Assembly (NCBI GenBank): GCA_902546615.1
Contig: CACCKE010000003.1
Span: 17,837 to 81,836, forward strand
Length of the DNA stretch: 64,000 nucleotides
Direction of reading: 5' to 3'
DNA from: an uncultured Pelagibacteraceae bacterium
GTDB lineage: Bacteria > Pseudomonadota > Alphaproteobacteria > Pelagibacterales > AG-422-B15
Part shown: positions 1 to 8,753 of the stretch, one piece after another
Layout: each line of letters opens with the position of its first letter
Numbering within the stretch: the first letter of the stretch is position 1
The notes under the pieces: model-generated
What the model saw: the letters and a program-made list of their open reading frames with translations, nothing else
The model's database searches: none
Told to the model about the DNA's origin: nothing
Translations under genes and position numbers: made by a program

Positions 1-696
1 AAAAAGACAGGAACACCTGTAGATAATACTGTAATCGTCAGCCTGGCTGCTATTGAAGCAATTCATGTTGATTGGTCAACTGGAGCTAAAATACCAGGAC
101 AACTAACACCTATTGATGAGATACGCGAAATGGATCTAACTCCTAAAAATATCACTGCTGCACTAGTAGGTGTTAAATCAAAATTAACTATCTTTCAACT
201 TCAGCGCTGGATCAATGAGTATCCTGAAGAAGCGATGACTGCAATTCTTCCTGGCGCTGCGCTGCAGGAGCTATGGCGAGTAGTTGGAGTGATTGAAAAC
301 TTATTATTAGGTATATCGGTGGTTGTAATATTCACAACACTCGTTGGGATGGCAGCGATTATGTTTTCAAGTTTAAGTGAGAGAAGAAGAGAAATGGCGA
401 TCTGGAGAGCTATGGGTGCATCTCCTTTCACAGTGATTGGTTTATTAATGCTTGAAGCAATATTTATTTCAATTCTAAGTATTACATTCAGTGTAGTTTT
501 ATTATTTTGTGTGTTAAATTTATTACAACCATGGATTGATTACAATTATGGCATCTTAGTAAACATTGAAATGTTAGCTATAAAAGATATGTATGTTTTT
601 GCTGTGTTTATCATTGCCTCAATAACAGTCAGTTTATTACCAGCAATAAGAGCTTACTGGTTTTCTATTAATGATGGTATGACGATTAAATTATGA
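1..696 (+). CDS. ABC transporter permease, FtsX/MacB-type (C-terminal part; 5' end lies upstream of window)
   Basis: Frame 1 is open from nt 1 with no stop before the track ATG at 130. It has the FtsX-like block SERRREMAIWRAMGASP followed by hydrophobic helices. ATGA overlap with the next gene. Confidence 0.75.
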   Translation, partial: KKTGTPVDNTVIVSLAAIEAIHVDWSTGAKIPGQLTPIDEIREMDLTPKNITAALVGVKSKLTIFQLQRWINEYPEEAMTAILPGAALQELWRVVGVIENLLLGISVVVIFTTLVGMAAIMFSSLSERRREMAIWRAMGASPFTVIGLLMLEAIFISILSITFSVVLLFCVLNLLQPWIDYNYGILVNIEMLAIKDMYVFAVFIIASITVSLLPAIRAYWFSINDGMTIKL

Positions 697-1157
697 TTAA
701 AAAATTAAAAATCTTATTAATTATTTTTATTTTTATTCCGCTTTCTGCTTACTCAGCGCCAAAAGAAATAGACTGGGATGACCTAATACCATGGACATCT
801 GTTTTTAGCCCCGGCGAGGTAAAGTTTAATAAAAATCTCGAAGATAAGGAAGTTAAGATCCCTGGATATGTTTTGCCATTGGATATGTACGGCCGAGGTA
901 TTAACACCTTTTTGTTAGTTCCATACATTGGAGCATGCATTCATGTCCCTCCACCAGCGCCTAATCAAATCGTTTATGTAGAAGCGGAGAATCCTTGGGA
1001 AGGTCTAGCCTGGTGGGAACCTGTTTACGTAACTGGAAAAATTAAAATTGAAAATCAAAATATTGAAGACCTTGCAATCGTAGGCTATGAATTAGCTGCA
1101 AACAATATCGAATATTATCGTGGTGAAACAGGGGTTCACGGATTCTTTGATTGGTAG
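693..1157 (+). CDS. DUF3299-like exported protein
   Basis: Signal-peptide-like N-terminus (ILLIIFIFIPLSAYSAP). The block FLLVPYIGACIHVPPPAPNQIVYV is typical of DUF3299. Translationally coupled to the FtsX permease. Confidence 0.65.
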   Translation: MIKKLKILLIIFIFIPLSAYSAPKEIDWDDLIPWTSVFSPGEVKFNKNLEDKEVKIPGYVLPLDMYGRGINTFLLVPYIGACIHVPPPAPNQIVYVEAENPWEGLAWWEPVYVTGKIKIENQNIEDLAIVGYELAANNIEYYRGETGVHGFFDW

Positions 1158-1173
1158 GATTTTACGAGTCTAT

Positions 1174-1581
1174 TTACTTATCCTTAAAGTACTCAATTAT
1201 ATCTGATTTATAATCAAGAGGTGGGAACCTTCCAATAATATTTGATTGATAGTTCCTTGGCCTATCTGTTCTTCTGAGAAACCCATCTTTAGCTTTTGTA
1301 TACGATGATACTAACTTTTTTAGAGATGAAATATATAATGGTTTTTTTGGGTCTATATCTCCAAAAACGTAAGTAAAACGCTTATCGGCAGACAGAGAGA
1401 TTGCACAAGACCGCTTGCAGCAACTCATACAATTTACACCTCTGATGATAACGTCATCTTGTCTTTTGAAACTGTTCACAATTTTTTTTGCAAAGCGCTC
1501 GCCTCCTCGAGAATTATATTTTTCTTCTCGTCCATCTCGACAAGTTAAACAGATCGATAAAACAGGTTTAGTGTTGCTCAT
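1174..1581 (-). CDS. DUF1636-like Cys-rich metal-binding protein
   Basis: 135 aa with CLTCRDG and CMSCCKRSC clusters, as in DUF1636 proteins that neighbour cobW-type genes. Divergent from the COG0523 gene. Confidence 0.55.
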   Translation of the reverse strand: MSNTKPVLSICLTCRDGREEKYNSRGGERFAKKIVNSFKRQDDVIIRGVNCMSCCKRSCAISLSADKRFTYVFGDIDPKKPLYISSLKKLVSSYTKAKDGFLRRTDRPRNYQSNIIGRFPPLDYKSDIIEYFKDK

Positions 1582-1593
1582 AAATTGCTAAAT

Positions 1594-1616
1594 TTAATGT
1601 TATAATATAACAACTT
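1594..1616. promoter_or_regulatory. Zur-box-like operator in divergent promoter
   Basis: TTAATGTTATAATATAACAACTT. The core 1598..1612, TGTTATA-A-TATAACA, is a perfect 7-1-7 palindrome matching the proteobacterial Zur box core ATGTTATAATATAACAT. It lies in the 93-bp spacer between the DUF1636 and COG0523 genes. Confidence 0.6.
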
Positions 1617-1674
1617 GTATAATGCTTTTTTTTTAATTACAAGGTATGTTTAAAAAAAACTAATTTTGTAAAAT

Positions 1675-2649
1675 ATGGAAAATAGTTCATCGCAAGTACC
1701 AGTCACTGTATTAACAGGTTTTTTAGGAGCAGGTAAAACTACTTTATTAAATCGTATTTTAACTTAGCAACACGGTCGTCGTTATGCTGTAATTGTTAAT
1801 GAGTTTGGTGAGCAAGGAATAGACAATGATCTCGTAGTTGATGCTGATGAAGAAGTTTTTGAAATGAACAATGGATGTATATGTTGCACAGTTAGGGGTG
1901 ATTTAATACGTATACTTGGAGGTCTGATGAAGCGTGCAGATCAGCTGGATGCAATAATTGTAGAGACAACTGGACTTGCTGACCCTGCGCCCGTTGCTCA
2001 AACATTTTTTGTCGATCAAGATGTTGCAGACCGAACTAAATTAGACGCTATTGTCACTGTCGCAGATGCTGTCCACCTTAGTTCTCAACTAGGAGAACAT
2101 CATGAGGCTGAAGAGCAAATTGCTTTTGCAGATGTAGTACTGCTCAATAAGATTGATTTAGTTGATCAAAGTCAGATTACCGGCGTTAAGGATCGCATTC
2201 GAAAAATTAATCCTTATACAAAAATAATTGAAACAAACAGATGTGCGGCTCCTCTTGATGAAGTTCTTGGTCTTAATGCTTTTAGTCTTGATCGCGTCTT
2301 AGAGGTTGAACCTGATTTTTTGGACTCCGATCATGATCATGAACATGATGACGATGTAACCAGTGTTTCTTTTGTTTCTGACACTCCGCTTGACTTAGAA
2401 AAATTTGAGAAGTGGTTTGGAAACCTATTACAAACGCATGGTCAAAATATTCTTAGATCAAAGGGCATTCTTGATTTTAAGAATGAAAAAGATCGCTACG
2501 TATTTCAAGGAGTTCATATGCTCATGGATGCATCTCCTATGGGTCCATGGCCTGAGAAAAGTATTCGAAATTCCCGGGTTGTATTTATTGGTCGCAAATT
2601 AGAGACAATGAATTTGAAAGAGGGCTTCGAAAGTTGTAAATCAGATTAG
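1675..2649 (+). pseudogene. COG0523/CobW-family G3E GTPase (putative zinc metallochaperone) interrupted by an in-frame TAG
   Basis: ATG at 1675, Walker [10 protein letters not shown], then TAG at 1765..1767 where homologues read LNRILT-E-QHG. The same frame continues into track ORF 1864..2649, which has the GCICCT (CxCC) motif, the His/Asp stretch DSDHDHEHDDD and a CobW C-terminal region. Confidence 0.75.
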
Positions 2650-2660
2650 TTCTGCTTTAG

Positions 2661-3680
2661 ATGAATAACGAATCTGTAATAAAATCCCGCTTTGAAGAAA
2701 ATGGAAAGGTCTTTGAAACAGGCGCTCCTGTTACAGGTGCAGTTTCAATAGAGAATGCGGTTGCAGTTGGATTTGGAGACGGATCAATAAGGTTTTTTTG
2801 GCCAGATCATGATCCCTTAGAAGTTCAAGCGCACTCTGGCGCAATACTAAGCATAGCTTCAAGTAATGATGGGGTCATAACAGGCGGGCAAGATGGTCGT
2901 TTTTTAAAAATATCGACAAATGCTGAGGTCGAGGAAATTTACAATTTTGGAACACGTTGGGTAGATAATGTAGCGGCGTATGAAAGTATGGTTTTATGTT
3001 CGTCTGGAAAAAATGTCTACATCTGGTCAGATGAAAATGATAAGCCAAAAATACTAGAGCATCAAAGTACGATAGGTGGTATCGCAATTGATCAAAATGG
3101 AAGGAGAATTGCTGTCTCATGTTATGGAGGAGTAACTTTGTGGAGATTAGAAAAAAACAAATGGAAATCATCGAAATTTGCTTGGAAAGGTTCACACGGT
3201 AAAGTTGGGTTTAGTCCAGATGGTAAGTATCTGGTGACAACAATGCAAGAAAATGAGCTTCATGCTTGGCGAATTCGAGACAAAGCAAGTTTTGCGATGT
3301 CAGGTTACCCGTCAAAAGTAAAAAGTTTTACATGGGCCGGAGACAACCCTTATCTAGTAACAGCGGGTGCAAAAGAAGCTATCTGCTGGCCATTCGATGG
3401 TAAGGAAGGTCCAAAAGGACGTAAGCCCCTTTGCATTGCAAGTGGAGGTCAACAAAATGCAACTTTTGTTGAGTCATTGCCTGGGGAGAAAGCAGTTTTT
3501 GCTGGATTTCGTAACGGCATGGTTCTTCTCTCAGAATTATCAGAACATCCAAATGACGTCCTTATCCAAAATCCTACAGGATCAGAAGTATCAAATATTA
3601 GTATTTCACCCGATCGATCCCATATATTGGTCGGAGATTCAAAAGGCCAAATTTTATGGTCACCACTTTGGGAGCAATAA
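2661..3680 (+). CDS. WD40/beta-propeller repeat protein
   Basis: 339 aa with repeated ~40-aa units (AHSGAILSIA, HQSTIGGIAID, GSHGKVGFSPDGKYLVT, and others). Starts 11 nt after the COG0523 stop. Confidence 0.75.
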   Translation: MNNESVIKSRFEENGKVFETGAPVTGAVSIENAVAVGFGDGSIRFFWPDHDPLEVQAHSGAILSIASSNDGVITGGQDGRFLKISTNAEVEEIYNFGTRWVDNVAAYESMVLCSSGKNVYIWSDENDKPKILEHQSTIGGIAIDQNGRRIAVSCYGGVTLWRLEKNKWKSSKFAWKGSHGKVGFSPDGKYLVTTMQENELHAWRIRDKASFAMSGYPSKVKSFTWAGDNPYLVTAGAKEAICWPFDGKEGPKGRKPLCIASGGQQNATFVESLPGEKAVFAGFRNGMVLLSELSEHPNDVLIQNPTGSEVSNISISPDRSHILVGDSKGQILWSPLWEQ

Positions 3681-3681
3681 A

Positions 3682-3945
3682 ATGGAAGGTATGTTTCAGA
3701 AAAAAATATCAAATAAAAGTGCTACTCAAAATTTAAAAAATCTAATCATAGAGAAATTTAAATTAAATGAAGATGCTACTGTAAGCATTGCTGAACTAAG
3801 CTGTCATGAACCAAATTGCCCACCAAAAGAAACAATTATTACCATCCGTAAAGCTGATGGAAGCACTTCCAACTTACGAATTCACAAAGCTTTGGATCAG
3901 ATACAGAGGGAAGACGTTAAGACACTAAGACATGAAAAAAATTAA
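3682..3945 (+). CDS. small conserved-looking hypothetical protein (87 aa)
   Basis: ATG lies 1 nt after the WD40 stop. Contains a CHEPNCPP motif. The upstream part of track ORF 3367..3945 overlaps the WD40 gene out of frame and is discounted. Confidence 0.4.
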   Translation: MEGMFQKKISNKSATQNLKNLIIEKFKLNEDATVSIAELSCHEPNCPPKETIITIRKADGSTSNLRIHKALDQIQREDVKTLRHEKN

Positions 3946-4014
3946 ATATTATTTAATATAAGTGAATTCTGCTTTTTATTCGTTTCTTCATCCTAATTTG
4001 ACTGCTAACAGCAA

Positions 4015-4461
4015 TTACTCATATCTACTGTTATATACATCTTGTATTTGTGCTGGCCATTCTTGTCTTATGTAAGTGATCAGCTGCCAAACCTCTTCTT
4101 CACTTAGGCTGTCATTGCCAAGCATCTTTCCTTCATAATTAGGATCAAAACTTGGAAAGCCATATTTAATAACTTGAAACAAGTAATCTGGAGAATGATG
4201 CCACGTGTGGCCTGTGCCATTTAATGGTGGGGCTAATCGATGTCCATCTTCATCTAGAGTATTTTGCCAACCCTCTTGACCCTGTAAATTAACTCCGTGA
4301 CAAGAAGCACAATTATTTTGATAAGCGGCTATTGTTTCAGGGTGAATTGGCTTTTGAGCTTGAGCAACTTCTTCTTCTATCGATTGATTGCTAAAAGCCT
4401 GATATAGAAAAAAAGCAATAATTAATGCAACTATTATTAGTGCAGCTGTGCGCATAAACAT
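4015..4461 (-). CDS. membrane-anchored c-type cytochrome
   Basis: N-terminal TM helix (AALIIVALIIAFFLY) and the CxxCH heme motif NNCASCHG. Confidence 0.8.
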   Translation of the reverse strand: MFMRTAALIIVALIIAFFLYQAFSNQSIEEEVAQAQKPIHPETIAAYQNNCASCHGVNLQGQEGWQNTLDEDGHRLAPPLNGTGHTWHHSPDYLFQVIKYGFPSFDPNYEGKMLGNDSLSEEEVWQLITYIRQEWPAQIQDVYNSRYE

Positions 4462-4590
4462 CTTGTTAAAAAAATAAAAGTTCTCTTTAAAATTTCAACA
4501 AGAATTTATTTCTTGTATATTTCATCTTCAGGGATTGATATGAAAAATTTATAATCTTTTCGGTACCAGTACAACCGTACCGAAAGGATT

Positions 4591-4770
4591 TTAGCCACTA
4601 ATGGAGAAAAACATCAAGCCAAGAAAACCTGTCGCGATCACAAAGCTTGATAAAAGTTTAGGGGTTCTAGAAAGTTTAAGCTTTGTGGTTGAAGGAATAA
4701 TCACGAGAGTTGACTCACCGTTGTAGGATTGTCTTCTTATGTACTGAGGTTTCATCTTTGACTTTTTCAT
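4591..4770 (-). CDS. possible 59-aa small membrane protein
   Basis: Unlisted ORF MKKSKMKPQYIRRQSYNGESTLVIIPSTTKLKLSRTPKLLSSFVIATGFLGLMFFSISG with a hydrophobic C-terminus. A 9-bp-stem hairpin (4558..4585, TTTCGGTAC/GTACCGAAA) lies just 3' of it. No homology recognised. Confidence 0.25.
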   Translation of the reverse strand: MKKSKMKPQYIRRQSYNGESTLVIIPSTTKLKLSRTPKLLSSFVIATGFLGLMFFSISG

Positions 4771-4875
4771 GTTTGATAAAAATATACCTAAAAAGCAAGG
4801 CTTAATTTTGATAAAAATATGTTCAAAACAAGATAGAAGTGTTTATTTTCAAAAATTTGCTGATATAAGAGACCG

Positions 4876-5799
4876 ATGCAAAATGTCGTCTCAGTAAAGA
4901 ATTTATCTAAAACTTACGGTAATCAATTTCAGGCACTCAATAATATAAATTTAGATATCAAACAGAATGAAATATTTGCACTTCTTGGACCAAATGGTGC
5001 AGGCAAAACAACTTTGATCAGTATAATTTGTGGAATAGTAACGCCAAGTATTGGGACAGTTGAGGTTGGTAACTACGATATTATTAAAGATTATAGAAAA
5101 ACTAGATCACAAATTGGACTTGTCCCTCAAGAGTTAACTTTAGAACAATTTGAAATTGTTTATAACAACGTATCTTATACGAGAGGCTTATACGGCAAAC
5201 CTCCTAATCCTCAGCATATTGAAAAAATACTTAAAGATCTCAGCCTGTGGGATAAAAAAGACTCCAAAATTAATGAGCTTTCTGGTGGAATGAAAAGAAG
5301 AGTCTTGATTGCTAAGGCTCTTTCTCATGAGCCTTCAGTCTTATTTCTTGATGAGCCATCAGCGGGGGTTGATGTCGAATTAAGAAAAGATATGTGGGAA
5401 GTCATTAAGAATTTAAGGAATAAAGGTGTCACAATAATTTTAACAACCCATTATATAGAAGAAGCAGAAGCAATAGCTGACCGAGTAGCCGTCATTAATA
5501 AAGGAGAAATGATAGTAGTTGATGAAACCTCAAATTTAATAAAAAGTTTAGGCCAGAAAACACTAACAATTGATTTGCATGAAACAGTTAAGACATTACC
5601 TGAGTCACTAAATAATTATAAACTTACGATAGTTAATGGAGGTTTATCAATTGATTACCAATACGATACACAAAGTAAACAGACTGGAATAACTTCTCTC
5701 TTACAAGATATGAAAGAGGCCGGATTAAAACTAAAAGATTTAAATACAGAGCAAAGTTCACTTGAAAAGATCTTTGTGGAATTGGTAAAGGAAAAATAA
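4876..5799 (+). CDS. ABC transporter ATP-binding protein (ABC-2/DrrA-like)
   Basis: Walker A GPNGAGKTT, signature LSGGMKRR, Walker B LFLDEP. TAATG junction with the permease. Confidence 0.9.
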   Translation: MQNVVSVKNLSKTYGNQFQALNNINLDIKQNEIFALLGPNGAGKTTLISIICGIVTPSIGTVEVGNYDIIKDYRKTRSQIGLVPQELTLEQFEIVYNNVSYTRGLYGKPPNPQHIEKILKDLSLWDKKDSKINELSGGMKRRVLIAKALSHEPSVLFLDEPSAGVDVELRKDMWEVIKNLRNKGVTIILTTHYIEEAEAIADRVAVINKGEMIVVDETSNLIKSLGQKTLTIDLHETVKTLPESLNNYKLTIVNGGLSIDYQYDTQSKQTGITSLLQDMKEAGLKLKDLNTEQSSLEKIFVELVKEK

Positions 5800-6560
5800 T
5801 GAATTTTTACGCAATCAGAGCAATTTATTTTCATGAAATGGATCGAATGAGAAGAACTCTTTTTCAAAGCGTGCTTTCACCTGTGCTTTCGACTTCTTTA
5901 TATTTCATTGTATTCGGTTCAGTTATTGGAGGCATGATTCCTCAAATTGAAGGTGTTAGTTATGGATCATTCATCGTACCTGGTTTATTAATGCTGACTT
6001 TATTAACTCAAAGTATATCAAACTCTTCGTTTGGAATATTTTTTCCAAAATTTACTGGATCGATTTATGAAGTTCTTGCGGCGCCTATTTCCTCTTTAGA
6101 AATTATCATAGGATTTGTTGGCGCCAGTGCAACTAAATCACTTATTGTTGGCGTCATTATACTCATTACTGCAACTTTTTTCGTTGAACTCCAAATTCAA
6201 TATCCCTTATTAATGCTTTTTCTTCTGGTATTAACATGTCTTACATTTAGTCTTTTTGGATTTCTAATTGGACTACTCAGTGAAAATTTTGAACAGTTGC
6301 AAGTTGTACCGCTTATCATTGTGACTCCTTTAGTTTTTTTAGGCGGTAGTCTTTATACTGTAGAAATGCTTCCAGAATTTTGGCAAAATGTAACTTACTT
6401 TAATCCTGTTTTATATCTTGTGAATGGTATGAGATGGTCTTTTTACGGGGCATCCGATATTAATATTTGGGTCAGTGTAATCTCACTTGTTGCTTTCTTA
6501 AGCATTTGTGTTGCTGGCGTGGCAATTGCTATCACAAAAGGCTATGGTACAAAGGAGTAA
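5799..6560 (+). CDS. ABC-2 type transporter permease
   Basis: 253 aa and polytopic (about 6 helices). Coupled to the ATPase. Confidence 0.85.
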   Translation: MNFYAIRAIYFHEMDRMRRTLFQSVLSPVLSTSLYFIVFGSVIGGMIPQIEGVSYGSFIVPGLLMLTLLTQSISNSSFGIFFPKFTGSIYEVLAAPISSLEIIIGFVGASATKSLIVGVIILITATFFVELQIQYPLLMLFLLVLTCLTFSLFGFLIGLLSENFEQLQVVPLIIVTPLVFLGGSLYTVEMLPEFWQNVTYFNPVLYLVNGMRWSFYGASDINIWVSVISLVAFLSICVAGVAIAITKGYGTKE

Positions 6561-6563
6561 TTT

Positions 6564-6588
6564 CTATTAAGCCCCTATCGCTTAATAG
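6564..6588. terminator. hairpin between convergent operons (possible bidirectional terminator)
   Basis: CTATTAAGC-ccctatc-GCTTAATAG, a perfect 9-bp stem. No clear T-run on either side. Confidence 0.35.
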
Positions 6589-6644
6589 TAAAGCAGGTCA
6601 TTGGTAATGATCAGCCGCTGGAGCGTAACCAGCTAGGGGCACCA

Positions 6645-8753
6645 CTAAAAACCACTTTCTCTGATTAATGTTGATGAAACCAAATTAAATAGATTTTGAA
6701 AAATATTATAGTTTTCAGTCTGAATTTTTACTTTACCTGCTGTTTGCCATTGAATAGTCTCAACTTCAGTACTTGTAGAAAAATTAAGCTGGTATAAAGC
6801 TTCTTCTGGTCGATAAATAACTTTTCCATCTCCCTTAACTTCACGTGATGCAATTGATCCACCAAAAGTGGGTACTAATGATAAGTAGGGAAGTTCTTCT
6901 GTCGATGTATTATTTTGTGAAACCAAGACAACTTCTGCTTCATCAAATTCATTATTTTTTGGAACAAAATAGCCACTAGTATTATCTTCAAGTTTATACA
7001 AATCATTTTCGCTTATGAATGCGACAACTTTTGTATCATTGAATTGAACAATAGAAAATAATTTTTCTTTTATATTCACCCACTGTCCATTATTTAAATA
7101 CTTAAGGTCTTTTATCACCCCACTCATTGGTGCATAAATTGATAGATTTTCATTTTCCTCTTTAAGACTTTTAAGAATTTCAAATTCTACTTTTAATTGA
7201 TTTTCTAATACCATGAGATTACTCATATCGGCCTCTGATCCAATTCGACGATCTAGTTTTTGCTGTATCATCTTTACGCGCTCAATTGCTTTATCAACTT
7301 TATTTGATAAAGACGGACTCATCATTGTAATTAATAAGTCACCCTTTTCGACTTGTTGATCTGAGATAACAAAAATCTCTTTTATCTCAGAGGCTTCTGT
7401 TGGATAGATATCGACCACTTCACCTCGATCAATCACCGCCGGAAGACTGAGTGAACTTCGCCATGGTACTAACATTGCTGCCAAAAATACTGAGAAAATA
7501 AAAATTGATCTCAAAGAAGTCCAGTTGAAACGCATGTACCTTCTAAGTCCCCACCACTGTTTAATTTCTCTCCAAATTGGTAGCAAAATGAACCAAACAA
7601 TCTCAATAATGAACAGAATGATGCCAAGAATTTTGAATGTTAAATAATAAACCAATAAGGCAATTCCAATAAATATGAAGAAGCGATATATCCATGTCAT
7701 CCAAGCGTAAATGATGAAAGTCCACCGTCTTTGACTCATGAGCTGTTCCGGTGGTTGGAATTTAAATCCAAAGATCCATTCTCTAATCTGCCATCGACCT
7801 AAAGCAAAAGAGCGCGGTTGAAGATTTTCCGCTCTAAGAAAATCTGAAAGCACATAATAACCGTCAAATCTCATAAATGGGCTGATATTAATAAGAAGTG
7901 ATGAAATCCAACTTGAAGTTGCAATAAAAAATGAAGCACTTTTGATAACACCTTCAGGGCTTACAGCCCAAACAAATGTAGCAAGAAGGGCCAGATGCAA
8001 TTCAGTCAGCATGCCAGCAAAATTAATCAGTAAGCGTTTTCTATGATCAGTTAATTTATACGCATCAGTAGTATCCGTGTATAAAAAAGGAAAGAAAACT
8101 AGCATTGCAAGACCAATTGAAGAAACTTTGCATTTATAATAAGTGGCAACATATGCGTGCCCAAGTTCGTGCAAGGCTTTCACAAAAACAATCGTTATAC
8201 CAAACAAAATCAATCCATTAACATTAAAGAAATAAGAAAATGTTGTTAAAAATGTTTCATAGTTTTGGATTGTTAAAAAAATACCAATGATCCCCAGAAT
8301 ATAAATTATAAGTCTGCTGGTTTGCGATCCAAGAAACAATGCAAAAGGCAAACTGTTTTCAAGACCATTTCCTGGTTTGAATAATGGAATTTTAAAGAAC
8401 AAATAATTATGAATAATTTTTAACAGCCAATGCTTGTTAAGTTTCTCTTTTTGAACAACTAAAGATTTAACTTCATCACCTGTTTTTTTTATAGTTAAAT
8501 TATTGAGATTTAGAAAACTGATAAATTCTTCAATCTCTTCTTGTGTAATAGACAGATTACTTTTTTTAATTTTTTCAATAAATTCTGTTGTCTCAATTCC
8601 ACTTGACCAATTTTTAAGAAGATCAAATGCTTTTTTATTTATTGAAAAGTATTTATTTCTTAATGAGTCATAAAGAAGCCACGACGCTGAACCGTCCTCT
8701 TTCTTTGGTCCCTCACTGAGTTTCAAATCTTGTCGGATAGACGGTACAATCAT
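6645..8753 (-). CDS. PqqD-like domain / peptidase M50 (site-2 protease) / HlyD-adaptor fusion protein
   Basis: 702 aa. The N-domain WLLYDSLRNKYFSINKKAFDLLKNW...EEIEEFISFL is PqqD-like. HELGH (8157..8171) and NISPFMRFDG (7860..7889) sit in a polytopic core. The C-terminus has lipoyl-hairpin, coiled-coil and barrel features (VEKGDLLITM ... IYAPMSGVIKDL). Confidence 0.75.
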   Translation of the reverse strand: MIVPSIRQDLKLSEGPKKEDGSASWLLYDSLRNKYFSINKKAFDLLKNWSSGIETTEFIEKIKKSNLSITQEEIEEFISFLNLNNLTIKKTGDEVKSLVVQKEKLNKHWLLKIIHNYLFFKIPLFKPGNGLENSLPFALFLGSQTSRLIIYILGIIGIFLTIQNYETFLTTFSYFFNVNGLILFGITIVFVKALHELGHAYVATYYKCKVSSIGLAMLVFFPFLYTDTTDAYKLTDHRKRLLINFAGMLTELHLALLATFVWAVSPEGVIKSASFFIATSSWISSLLINISPFMRFDGYYVLSDFLRAENLQPRSFALGRWQIREWIFGFKFQPPEQLMSQRRWTFIIYAWMTWIYRFFIFIGIALLVYYLTFKILGIILFIIEIVWFILLPIWREIKQWWGLRRYMRFNWTSLRSIFIFSVFLAAMLVPWRSSLSLPAVIDRGEVVDIYPTEASEIKEIFVISDQQVEKGDLLITMMSPSLSNKVDKAIERVKMIQQKLDRRIGSEADMSNLMVLENQLKVEFEILKSLKEENENLSIYAPMSGVIKDLKYLNNGQWVNIKEKLFSIVQFNDTKVVAFISENDLYKLEDNTSGYFVPKNNEFDEAEVVLVSQNNTSTEELPYLSLVPTFGGSIASREVKGDGKVIYRPEEALYQLNFSTSTEVETIQWQTAGKVKIQTENYNIFQNLFNLVSSTLIRESGF

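Noticed and set aside
3367-3681. 5' part of track ORF 3367..3945
   Set aside because: It overlaps the WD40 gene out of frame. Only the segment from ATG 3682, directly after the WD40 stop, is plausible.
4772-4820. 14-bp direct repeat TTTGATAAAAATAT at 4772..4785 and 4807..4820, upstream of the ABC-2 operon
   Set aside because: It is AT-only sequence in an AT-rich spacer. No matching -10/-35 geometry or palindromic symmetry was found, so it may be chance or simple promoter UP-like sequence.
4876-6560. ABC-2 ATPase/permease pair as the missing engine of the secretion locus
   Set aside because: It lies on the opposite strand and converges on the operon end. It is of the DrrAB/ABC-2 type, with no fused TMD-NBD and no C39 or CLD domain, and it is separated from the operon by a hairpin. 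It is most simply an independent exporter, although this is not formally excluded.
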